Notes: generated from the letters alone by a model not told the origin. Positions 8,664 through 18,069 are shown, numbered from the stretch's first letter. The stretch: 64,000 bases of DNA from an uncultured Phycisphaerales bacterium (GCA_963755915.1 CAVWLP010000002.1:1344001-1408000); one strand, 5' to 3'. Numbers and translations: made by a program.

Positions 8664-9275
8664 ATGGGCCTGTTTAAATCCAAAGACGAACGCCGCATCG
8701 AACGCGAAATGAAAATCCGCTCCGGAATGCGCTCCATCGAACGCTCCATCCGTCAGCAGGAAAAATTCGCAGAAGACTTCATCAAAAACGCCCAGCACGC
8801 CAGGCGCATCGGCGACAACGGCCAATACCTCTTCATCCGCAGCGCCCTGAAAAAAACCGCCGCGGTGAAGAAAATGCTCGAGCGGCAATTGCTTTCGATC
8901 AAAAACGCCATGCTCATCCAGCAGCAGGCCCGCTCCAGCCAGCAGTTTGCAGAATCAATGTCCCTCATGGCCCGCGAGATCGGCCAGGTCTTCGGCGAGC
9001 TCGACCTCACCAAAACCCAGGCCGACTGGGAAAAAGCCGTCACCCAGGCCGGCAGCATCGAGGAGCGCATGGACGTCTTCCTCGATTCCATGGAGCAATC
9101 CGCCGGCACCGCCGCCTCCCCCACCAGCTCCCGCGAAGACCTTGTCACCGATGAAGAAATCGACCGCATGATCGACGCGGACGTCCTCGCCTCCGAAAAA
9201 ACCGAGCTGGGAAAACTCGACGAACTGGAATCAGAGATCGCCAAGGAATTGGGGACGAACAAGCAGAAGGATTGA
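8664..9275 (+). CDS. ESCRT-III-like protein 3 (Vps2/Vps24/Did2-class pattern)
   Basis: MGLFKSK..IRSGMRSIERSIRQQEK..ARRIGD..SQQFAESMSLMAREIGQV..LDLTK..VTDEEIDRMID..LDELESEIAKELG; 203 aa. Confidence 0.7.
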   Translation: MGLFKSKDERRIEREMKIRSGMRSIERSIRQQEKFAEDFIKNAQHARRIGDNGQYLFIRSALKKTAAVKKMLERQLLSIKNAMLIQQQARSSQQFAESMSLMAREIGQVFGELDLTKTQADWEKAVTQAGSIEERMDVFLDSMEQSAGTAASPTSSREDLVTDEEIDRMIDADVLASEKTELGKLDELESEIAKELGTNKQKD

Positions 9276-9347
9276 GCATCTGAAGCTGGGGTTATCGGTT
9301 TCTCGCGGCCCTTGGCCACTCAATTATGAATTGGATATGATTCCCCC

Positions 9348-9572
9348 ATGCGGCAAGTCGAATCAGTTATTAAAGTCGATCCCGAAATTCAGGGCGGAAC
9401 CCCCTGTTTCTCGGGCACGCGCGTGCCCATCAAGTCATTGTTCGACTACCTCGCCCGAAGCCGGTCCTTGGACTATTTCCTCGAGCAGTTCCCTTCAGTC
9501 AAACGCTCCCAGGCAGTCCGGCTCCTCGAAAAGGCGGGCAAAATGGTCGCTCGCGCTCCGCGAGCAGCATGA
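9348..9572 (+). CDS. DUF433 putative antitoxin
   Basis: IKVDPEIQGGTPCFSGTRVPI motif. Confidence 0.9.
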   Translation: MRQVESVIKVDPEIQGGTPCFSGTRVPIKSLFDYLARSRSLDYFLEQFPSVKRSQAVRLLEKAGKMVARAPRAA

Positions 9573-9889
9573 AAGTGCTTCTGGACGAAAACCTTCCTCA
9601 CGCTTTGCGGCATGAGCTTTTCGATCACCAGGTTTTCACCGTTCAATTCTTAAAATGGACGGGCACTAAAAATGGCGCCCTTCTGGCCAAGGCGGCAAGG
9701 GCAGGCTTTCATGTCATGGTCACAATGGATGACGGCGTCGAATATCAACAGAATCTCAAAGGACTCTCCATCGGAATAGTCATCCTCATGGCCGCTTCCA
9801 ATGATATGGATGATTTGTTGCCCTTGCTTCCAAAATTGCGCCGTGCCTTGAAGCAGCCGAAGCCCGGCGCGGTTATCCGAATCCGCTAA
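9569..9889 (+). CDS. PIN-like (DUF5615) putative toxin
   Basis: MKVLLDENLP..WTGTKNGALL..VTMD..YQQNL; ATGA overlap with the DUF433 gene. Confidence 0.85.
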   Translation: MKVLLDENLPHALRHELFDHQVFTVQFLKWTGTKNGALLAKAARAGFHVMVTMDDGVEYQQNLKGLSIGIVILMAASNDMDDLLPLLPKLRRALKQPKPGAVIRIR

Positions 9890-9922
9890 GCCCCTGCGGA
9901 CAATAGGAGCGAACGCCCGCCC

Positions 9923-11776
9923 TCAAAAGTCCTCCCTCCCCACCACATCCAAATGCTGATCCGGAATATCCGCGACGTGAACCGTAGTAATATTCTTCAC
10001 ATCATAAAGATTCATCATCGCCGCCGGCGGCCAATACGGCGCCATCACGTGCTCGAAATAAACATTCTGCACATCGCGCAGCCAAAACGGCGCCCGCACG
10101 TCTTTCGTCAGGCACCCGATGTCGACATTCGTCATCTCCAGCCCATTCACATGCCGCACGTAAAACGCATACGCCGGCTCCCCCCAAACCGCCCCGGATC
10201 CGGATACCCCTTCACCTGCTCCCAAGGCTCCTTCCGCGTCCACGATCCCTTCCCGCCCCCCGGGAAAATCATCCGGATATCGTGCAGATGCAAATCCTCC
10301 ACCTCATGCCCCGGAATCCCGCTGATGATGCACGCAAATCTGACGGATTTACATTGCGCCACCACATTGCTGATATTCACATGCCTGATCGCCCCCACCG
10401 GCGTCCCCTTCGGCCCGCGCATGCCGCCCCCAGCCGAATATAAATCGGCGAACTCACAATATCGCGCATCGCCAGGTTGGTAACGGTCACGTTATCGATC
10501 ACTCCTCCATCCACGCTTTCGATCGCCAGCCCCTGGCAATCGTCGAACAGACAATTCGTGATCGCGATATTCTTGAATCCCCCGTTCGATTCCGTCCCCA
10601 TCTTGATCCGCCCCGTGCGCGAGGTATGGCGCGGATGTCCATGCTCATCCGGGTTATAGTTCCCGGAGATTTTCTGGAACGTCCCATCCAGCAGCGTCCC
10701 TTCCCTGTATCCGCCGCTCACCATGCAACTATCGATCGTCACGTTCTCCGTATCGCGCACATACCCCAGCCCATAGGAGCTCTTCAGCACGATGGCATCA
10801 TCGTTCGGCGAATTCACCGCGCAATTCGAAACCCGCACGTTCCGGCAGCAGTCGATATCCATCCCATCCCGATTCGTATCGATCTTCACGTTATCGATTG
10901 TCAGCCCATCCACCGCCGTCGCCAGGATTCCGAAGTGCCCTCCCTCATAAATCGAAAAATCGCGCAGGATGCACCCGCGCACGTTCTTCAACGAAATCGC
11001 CTTGTTCCCAATCCCCGCCGCCAGCTCCTCCTTCGGATCGGGATATTCCGGCTTCGTCGCCGGCTTGGTCGTCGGATCCGACGGCTGCGTCGCCACATAC
11101 ATCGCCGTGTAATCCTGCGAGTTCATGTCCGCGGGAATCCGATTCAGCGCCCACCGCCACGGCCGCGTCGAAGCCCCCGACTCATCCACCGGCCCCACCC
11201 GGACATCCGTCCTCCCCATCTGCACCTCCCAAGGCTCCTGCGTATCCGCCGACGGCTGCGTCGTATCCTGCCACGGCTCCGTCGTCGGCCACGTTGTCGG
11301 CTTTTTATTATCCGGCTTCGGCGACCCCCGATTCAGCGCATCCTTCCCGTCAATCATCCCCGGCCCCAATATCGCCACGTTCTGAATATTCTCCCCCCAG
11401 ATCAAGCTGTTATGCCAATGCGTATGCCCGAAATCCTGAAACTGATCCTTGAACGGCCACGCCTCCGGCGGATCGTATTCCCCTTTATAAATCGTTCCCG
11501 CCGCCCGAATCGTCGCCCCTTCATCCAGATAGATCGCCACATTGCTCTTCAGATGAATCGAATAGCAAAGATAAGTCCCCGCCGCAAAATGCACCGTCCC
11601 CCCGCCCGCCTTGTTGGCAGCCGATATCGCATCATTCACCGCCGGCGTATCCAGGTGCAACCCATCCCCCCGCGCCCAAAATTGCGAACCTCAAACACCC
11701 CATTTGCTGCCTGACATCCGCCGAGCATCCCGAATATCAGCAGCAGGCCAATCCGAACAATTTTGATGTGATTCAT
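9923..11776 (-). CDS. Glycoside hydrolase family 28 (polygalacturonase/rhamnogalacturonase-like); frameshifts near 11670, 10420 and 10200
   Basis: DTPAVNDAI..GGGTVHFAAGTYL, NRDGMDID, DDAIVLKS, GRIKMGTESNGGF; N-terminal signal MNHIKIVRIGLLLIFGMLGGC. Confidence 0.85.
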
Positions 11777-11875
11777 AGTTGGTTGGACGGAAGTATAAAT
11801 GCCGAGGGGCGCGTTTGCGAATCTAAGCCACGCTCGCACCCCGGACGGCTGCGCCCAGAATTCCGGCAGTTCTTC

Positions 11876-11945
11876 TCCCCTCTTCTCCCCTCTCCCGGTA
11901 CGCCGGGAGAGGGCAAGCGGCGCGAGCCCGCGCGGGTGAGGGCCG
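11876..11945. repeat. REP-like palindromic repeat
   Basis: ccctctcccggtacgccgggagaggg...gggtgagggcc. Confidence 0.7.
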
Positions 11946-12069
11946 ACAGGACCGCGCCGACCAATCAGGAACATTTTTTGCCGCGTGCTTTCGACCTGCC
12001 GCAGTGCTAATGTCAAAGACCCGAGCACCAGGCTCGGCGCAATGAAACCGCTCCAAAAGGAAGGCCCAA

Positions 12070-12747
12070 ATGGAATCACAACTAACCGGCTCCCACGAAA
12101 AAGTTTACCAGCGCCTCTTCCAGCACCCCATGCCCCACAACCTCCAGTGGCGGGAAGTCCGGGCAATGCTCGAAGCAATCGGCGACATAAACACCGTCGA
12201 GGACGACAAGGGAAATCTAAAGCTCGCCCGCGGCAGCCAAACCCTGGTCCTCCATCGCCCGCGCGGCAAGGACCTCGCCGACAAACAGGAATTGATGCAG
12301 GTTCGTCACTTCCTGGAGAGATCGGTTTCCGCCCCTCCACCTCCTCCCCCCGCCGGCACCCATCTGCTCGTCGTAATCGATCACCGCGAAGCCCGCATCT
12401 ACAGCGCCGAATTGCGCGGCACCGTTCCCCAGCGCATCATGCCCTACGACCCCTTCGGCTTCGGCCGCGATCTGCGCTATAACCAGGACGACTCCAACGG
12501 CCAGCGAAAACCCGAACAAAGAAGCTTCTACGAATCAATCGCCAAAACCCTCTCCGCCGGCCAGCAGATTCTCCTCTTCGGCGAAGGCACCGGCGCCAGC
12601 AGCGCCATGGAGCAATTGACCCTGAACCTGAAACAGCATCACCCCGATATTGCCAAAAAAGTCGTCGGCTCCAAAGTCGTGGACATGCACCATCTCACCG
12701 AAGCCCAGTTACTGGCCGAAGCGCGGGAATTGTTTGCCGGGGGGTGA
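12070..12747 (+). CDS. Two-domain protein: HicA-like N-terminus plus baeRF/host-attachment-like C-terminus
   Basis: LFQHPMPHNLQWREVRAML..VLHRP; LVVIDHREARIY..FYESIAKTL..ILLFGEGTG..HLTEAQLLAEARELF. Confidence 0.6.
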   Translation: MESQLTGSHEKVYQRLFQHPMPHNLQWREVRAMLEAIGDINTVEDDKGNLKLARGSQTLVLHRPRGKDLADKQELMQVRHFLERSVSAPPPPPPAGTHLLVVIDHREARIYSAELRGTVPQRIMPYDPFGFGRDLRYNQDDSNGQRKPEQRSFYESIAKTLSAGQQILLFGEGTGASSAMEQLTLNLKQHHPDIAKKVVGSKVVDMHHLTEAQLLAEARELFAGG

Positions 12748-12902
12748 CGCCTTCTTCCGAGCAATCTAAAAGCCAAGAACTGGCCAATCCGAACGATTTT
12801 GATGTGATTCGTATTTGGTTGACCGCAGGTATAAATGCCACGGCGTTTGCGAATTCTCGGCCGGTTGCTGGAAACCTCGAGGTCGCCGATAATGCACGAC
12901 AA

Positions 12903-13195
12903 ATGACCGTCACGCGGCAAACCCTCCAGCGCAACCGCCAGGCGATCCTTGAGATCGCCCAGCGCCACGGGCGCACGACCTCCGCCTCTTCGGATCGGTC
13001 GCCCGCGGCGAAAGCACCGAAAGCTCCGATGTAGATATCCTCGTCCGTTTCGACCTCGACCGATCCCTCTTCGATCACGGCGGACTGATCGCCGACTTGG
13101 AGGAACTCCTCGGCGCGAAAGTCGATGTCGTCAGCGAGGCCGGCATGCGCGAACGGTTCCGGGCGCACGTTTTGGGCGAAGCAGTCCCGTTATGA
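12903..13195 (+). CDS. Minimal nucleotidyltransferase (MNT) antitoxin (frameshift near 12972)
   Basis: Reconstructed ILEIAQRHG..LRLFGSVARGE..SDVDILV..LEELLGAKVDVV. Confidence 0.85.
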
Positions 13196-13539
13196 GAAGC
13201 GACGCCCTTCGTTTGCAGGACATCCTCGACGCCATTGCGGCTATCGAGCGGCACACGCCTGCAACGCGCGAAGCCTTCAACAATTCCGAACCGATCCGAA
13301 GCCATATTCTTCTCCACGTGCAGATCATCGGCGAGGCCGCATCAAGGCTCTCCCCGCAAATCAGAATTGACAATTCGCAAGTGCCGTGGAAATCAATCAT
13401 GGCCATGCGAAATATCATCGCGCACGTTTATTTCGGCATCGATTGGAACGAAGTCTGGCAGGTCGCGGTTCGAGACGCCCCGGTTCTCAAACTCCAAGTC
13501 GAAAAAATTCTCGCGTCGCTTCCCCGCGGCACCCCGTGA
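13192..13539 (+). CDS. HEPN/DUF86 toxin
   Basis: LQDILDAI..IIGEAA..VPWKSIMAMRNIIAHVYFGID (RxxxxH motif). Confidence 0.9.
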   Translation: MRSDALRLQDILDAIAAIERHTPATREAFNNSEPIRSHILLHVQIIGEAASRLSPQIRIDNSQVPWKSIMAMRNIIAHVYFGIDWNEVWQVAVRDAPVLKLQVEKILASLPRGTP

Positions 13540-13548
13540 CTAAGTCCC

Positions 13549-14715
13549 CTATTCCGCAAGCCCCTTCATCTCCCGATTTAAATCGGCTTTCCCCTCAAAC
13601 CCAATCCCCACCAACTCCGGCATCGTGACAAACCCGTTCTCCACCCCCACCCCATCCGCAAATCCCCCATACGGCTGAAACAAATCCGGATAAGATTCAT
13701 TCCCCCCCAGCCCCAGCCCCGCCGCGATATTCAGCGACATCTGGTGCCCCCCATGTGGAATGCACCGCGTGCGCGACCACCCATGCTCATTCAGCATCTC
13801 CAGTATTCGCAAATACTCCACCAAACCGTAACTGAGCGCACAATCAAACTGCAGCCAGTCCCGTTCCGGCCGCATCCCGCCATAGCGGATCAGGTTTCTC
13901 GCATCCTGCATGGAAAAAAGATTTTCCCCCGTCGCCAGGCTCCCCGAATAATGCCGCCCCAACTCCGCCTGAAGCTGAAAATCCAGCGGATCGCCCGCCT
14001 CTTCGTACCAGAACAGATCAAATTTCGACAGCGCCTTCCCATATTCCAGGGCCGTCTTCAGATCGAACCGCCCATTGGCATCCACCGCCAGCTTCTGCCC
14101 CGGCCCCAGAATCCCCAGCACCGCCTCGATCCGCCGCAGATCATCCGCCAGCGGCTCGCCCCCAATTTTCATTTTCACAACCGTATACCCGCGATCCAGA
14201 TACCCCCGCATCTCACCAACCAGCGACTTCAAATCTTTCCCCGGATAGTAATATCCACCTGCCGCATAAACGAAGACGCGCGGATTGGCCTGCCCGTTCC
14301 CATATCGCTCCGCCAATAGCCGAAAGAGCGGCTTGCCCGCGATCTTCGCCACCGCGTCCCACACCGCCATATCGATTGCCCCCACCGCCACCGACCGCTC
14401 CCCATGCCCCCCCGGCTTTTCGTTCGTCATCATTCGCGCCCAGATTTTATGCGGATCGAAATTCTCCCCCGTCTGATCCAGCAAATCCGGCGGCCGCGCT
14501 TCCAGCACCCGCGGCGCAAACCGCTCGCGGATCATCGCCCCCTGCCCATACCTCCCGTTGGAATTAAACCCATACCCCACCACCCGCCGCCCGTCGCGCT
14601 CGACATCCGTCACCACCGCGACAAGGCTCAGCGTCATCCTGCTGAAATCAATGAACGCATTGCGAATCGGCGAGGAAATCGGCTTGGTCGCTTCGCGGAT
14701 TTCAAGAATCTTCAC
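13549..14715 (-). CDS. tarD: Mandelate racemase/enolase superfamily enzyme, D-tartrate dehydratase-like
   Basis: ISSPIRNAFIDFSRMTLSLVAVVTDV, GFNSNGRYGQG, KMKIGG, VDANG, PHGGH. Confidence 0.8.
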   Translation of the reverse strand: MKILEIREATKPISSPIRNAFIDFSRMTLSLVAVVTDVERDGRRVVGYGFNSNGRYGQGAMIRERFAPRVLEARPPDLLDQTGENFDPHKIWARMMTNEKPGGHGERSVAVGAIDMAVWDAVAKIAGKPLFRLLAERYGNGQANPRVFVYAAGGYYYPGKDLKSLVGEMRGYLDRGYTVVKMKIGGEPLADDLRRIEAVLGILGPGQKLAVDANGRFDLKTALEYGKALSKFDLFWYEEAGDPLDFQLQAELGRHYSGSLATGENLFSMQDARNLIRYGGMRPERDWLQFDCALSYGLVEYLRILEMLNEHGWSRTRCIPHGGHQMSLNIAAGLGLGGNESYPDLFQPYGGFADGVGVENGFVTMPELVGIGFEGKADLNREMKGLAE

Positions 14716-14844
14716 GCCTTCATTTTACAAAAATTTGAATTCTTGGCGCTCCTGGTGTCCTGGCGGTTACCTCTTTGTTGCCGTATAGCCCGGATAGACG
14801 CTTGTAAATTGACGAAAAAGATAGCCATTGCTAACTTTGTTTGC

Positions 14845-15501
14845 GTGGCTGGATCGGACCGGGAGATTCTTCAGTATGCTTCGCCGGGGGCGGTCAGAGA
14901 TCGGTCGCGGTTGGCGGGGGGGATTGGAGCGGCGATTTCCGCGGCGGGGGTTGCGGCGATTTTTTTGAAGTTCGATTCGGGAGTTTCGCCGTGGGATGCC
15001 ATCGTGACGTTTTTTTCCGCAGAGCCGTTATTTGCTTCCCCCAGCGACGACCTGATATGGGTCGCTGCTCCGTTTCTTCTGGCCTTGCCGCTGGGGTGGC
15101 TGGGAATCAGATCGATCTTTTCCCGCCGCCTTCGGACGGCTGAGATTGTCGCCGTCTGGAGTTGCGGCGGGCTCTCGGCGTGCGGAACTGTTCACGTCTT
15201 GTGGGCCATAGGCGCTGATTTCGTCAATGGTTATTCCGCGGGGGCGGTTGCCACAGTCGTGGCGACCGGCGGCACTCTTCTTGCCGGTGGCACGGCGGCC
15301 TTTGCCCGCAGAGGCAGCGTGTCGGCTTGCCTCATTGCCCTTTATGCGCCTTTCCTGGCGAACGCGCTCTTCTGCCTCGTGGACTTCGGTCCCCCCAATG
15401 TTGGGCCGGGATGGTACGTGACACTTTTCATCGCGATTGTGATGTTTCTGGAGACGCTACGGATTTTGTTGGCAGGGCCGTTTCGCGTCTGCCGGGAGTA
15501 A
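14845..15501 (+). CDS. Hypothetical multi-pass membrane protein
   Basis: About 6 hydrophobic segments; probable GTG start before ILQYASP. Confidence 0.55.
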   Translation: MAGSDREILQYASPGAVRDRSRLAGGIGAAISAAGVAAIFLKFDSGVSPWDAIVTFFSAEPLFASPSDDLIWVAAPFLLALPLGWLGIRSIFSRRLRTAEIVAVWSCGGLSACGTVHVLWAIGADFVNGYSAGAVATVVATGGTLLAGGTAAFARRGSVSACLIALYAPFLANALFCLVDFGPPNVGPGWYVTLFIAIVMFLETLRILLAGPFRVCRE

Positions 15502-15503
15502 GT

Positions 15504-17074
15504 CTATTGCGAAATCATCTTGCATGCATCGCCCGCGCTTGTGGAGATCAGGGCCTGTGCCCTCCAGCCTGGGAGAAGCCAGGGCCCGTCATCCTGCGGC
15601 TGTTTGCCGATGATCCAGACACCGCGGTAATGCGAAATTTGCAAAAGCATTTTGGGATCGGCGGGGTGATTGAGGATGAGCCAGGGCCGGTGCGAATTGG
15701 GGGAGTAATATTTCAGGCACATATAATAAAGACCAGGCGTGACCCAGGGATCGGGGCTGTAGTAAATCAGCAGATCGCCAGGGCCGGCTGAGGTGTTCAG
15801 CTCGGCGGCGAACTGTCGCCAGTCTTCGAGAGGTTGCGGAGGCGATGCAAGGTAATCGGCAGCGCTGATGGTAAGGGCGGCGACGCTCGCGATGGGGAGG
15901 AGGTCGCGGATGACGCCGAGACGCGGCCACTGGAAGCTCGCGATCAGCGCGAAAATCGCCGGGCTGGTAAGCAGGGTGTAACGCGGATAGCCGGCCATCG
16001 TGGTGCCGTGCAAGAGATCGACGAGGACCACGGAACACATGTTGCCTGCCATCCAGAGAACCCAGATCAGAAGATCGCGGCGACGGGGCAGCCGGAGGAT
16101 GGGCAGGATCATCGTCAGGAGGAAAATGATCAGGACGACATTGGTGCTCGGCGGGCAAGGGCTTCGCCGCGGGGTTCACCGAAAAGAAATTCGGCGGGCA
16201 GGCCAATCACGCGGTACAGGGTCAGCTTGCCGTGCTTTTCCATGTGGGCCTCGCGGAGAAACGTGGCGGCGAGAGAGGGAAGCGTGTGGGTTTGCGTTCC
16301 CAGGAGGGGAACCCATACAAGAAGCGTAACGATCGCCCCGGCCGCCAGCGAGATGAGCGTGGGCCAGCGCGATTTTGAAGGAAGTCGCAGCGCCGCGAAG
16401 GCGCCCAGGCCGAGCAGGGGGCCGGCGACGATATAGTGCGTCAACGTGGCCGCCGCGCAGCACAGGCACAGGGCGACGAGGAAAAATTTCGTCGGGCCGA
16501 AGAATTCGATTCGCAGCACCAGGTTGATGCAGCCGAGTCCCAGGAGCACGAGCAGTGCATACGCGCGGGCGTCGAAGGCATATTCGATCTGTCCCAGCGA
16601 CAGAGCCATTATCGCAGCCGCGAGGAGGGCGACCCTTGGGCCCTGAAGGAATCGGCAGATGTCGAAGAGAAGCAGGATCGATGCGAGCGAAGCGAGCGCC
16701 GAGAGGCTCCGAATCGCCGCCGCGCCGGTGCCGAAGATATCCATCCACCAGCGCATGAGCAGGAAGTAGAGTGGCGGATGCGTGATGTCGCCGACATGCG
16801 TGAGAATGCTCCGCGATGGAGCCGCGGACGAGAGCGAGGTGAGATCGGGCTGGTCCGTCCGGATGAGATTGGCGGGGAGCCGGTCGTTTACCGAGCCGCG
16901 GCCCATGGAGGTTTCGACCGACCAGATTTCGTCCTTCCAGAGGCTGGGGTCGCCGAGGCGGTAGAAGCGCAGCAAAGCGCCGGCAATTAAAATCGCCGAC
17001 AGAACCATGATATGGAAGACCGAGAGAGGGGTGCGAAGAGGAGAGCGGGTGGTAGGCCGCGGTGCCTTGGTCAT
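15504..17074 (-). CDS. GT-C fold glycosyltransferase (family 39/ArnT-like); frameshift near 16150
   Basis: LRFYRLGDPSLWKDE, HPPLYFLL, RSLSAL, ARAYAL, YPRY. Confidence 0.8.
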
Positions 17075-17127
17075 CGGTCAGGGAATTGTACTGACCGATC
17101 GCCTGGTCGCCGTATCAGTGGAGCTGC

Positions 17128-17180
17128 TACCCCCTTCCCCGGAGGACTGCGTCCCGCATACCGGGGGCGGGAAAAGAGGG
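17128..17180. repeat. REP-like repeat, reverse copy of the 1398-1460 element
   Basis: cccggaggactgcgtcccgcataccggg is nearly the reverse complement of cccggtacgcgggacgcagtcctccggg. Confidence 0.7.
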
Positions 17181-17206
17181 AATGATCGCTCGCCTGAAAA
17201 ATCCGT

Positions 17207-17497
17207 TCAGGCTGGCAGTTGATGAACCATCCGATCGTGCAAATAAGCCGTCAGCGTCCGAACCAGCTTTCTGGCTGCATCGTGCCAGTGGGTCTGCCGG
17301 TCGCGGAAGACGACCGTGCCTTTCTGGTCCGAAATACCGGCACGCATCTCGACATTTCGTCCCACACGGTGCATCGTGATGGAAATCACCAGATTTCCCA
17401 TCCGGTCGCCAAAACGCATGGCCCGTTTCAGCCAAGACATTAACTGACGGCGATGTGATGGTTTGAGCAGCACATTCCCGACATCTAGCTTAAGCAT
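17207..17497 (-). CDS. Small protein, possible HPF/RaiA-like fold
   Basis: 96 aa; predicted beta-alpha-beta-beta-beta-alpha pattern with a basic terminal helix. Confidence 0.4.
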   Translation of the reverse strand: MLKLDVGNVLLKPSHRRQLMSWLKRAMRFGDRMGNLVISITMHRVGRNVEMRAGISDQKGTVVFRDRQTHWHDAARKLVRTLTAYLHDRMVHQLPA

Positions 17498-17583
17498 TGT
17501 GCAACCTCATTAATAATATCCCCAAGCAGTTGGCGGTTGCAGGAGAAACAGCAATAATCGTGCCGCAATTCTGGGAGTGTTGA

Positions 17584-18069
17584 ATGACCGCGAGTCTGCG
17601 AACATTATCTGACGGCCGCCTTCTGGCCGATTGCCGGCTGGAGGCGTTTCGGGGTTCAGGGCCCGGGGGCCAGAAGCGCAACAAGACGAGCTCCGCAGTG
17701 CGGCTTACCCATAGTCCCAGCGGGCTTTCCGTCATTGCCTCCGAATCGCGGTCCCAGCAGCGGAATCGCCAGGTGGCCCTGGATCGGCTACGCCACAAGA
17801 TTGCCCTGTCGGTCCGGGAAAAGATCGATCTGTCGGGGCTGCCTGACCCGGATGTGATTCACGTCTCCTGCCGGTCGGATAAATATCCCGCAGCGATGGG
17901 CAAGACGCTAGATGTTCTGACCCATTCGCGCTGGAAGGTCTCCGAGGCGGCGAAAATGCTCGGTGTTTCGACGGGGCAGTTGGTCGATTTTCTGCGCACC
18001 GATGCCCAGCTCTGGATGGAAGTAAACCGAAAGCGGCAGTTGGCGGGATTTCGGAGTTTGAACGCGTGA
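17584..18069 (+). CDS. GGQ peptide chain release factor-like protein with C-terminal HTH-like region
   Basis: FRGSGPGGQKRNKTSSAVRLTH..ESRSQQRNR. Confidence 0.85.
   Translation: MTASLRTLSDGRLLADCRLEAFRGSGPGGQKRNKTSSAVRLTHSPSGLSVIASESRSQQRNRQVALDRLRHKIALSVREKIDLSGLPDPDVIHVSCRSDKYPAAMGKTLDVLTHSRWKVSEAAKMLGVSTGQLVDFLRTDAQLWMEVNRKRQLAGFRSLNA

Noticed and set aside
7287-9275. Ordinary PspA/Vipp1 phage-shock operon
   Set aside because: I did not recognise PspA hallmarks such as the EDP motif after the N-terminal helix, and there are no pspB/pspC/pspF or lia neighbours. Not formally excluded without profile searches.
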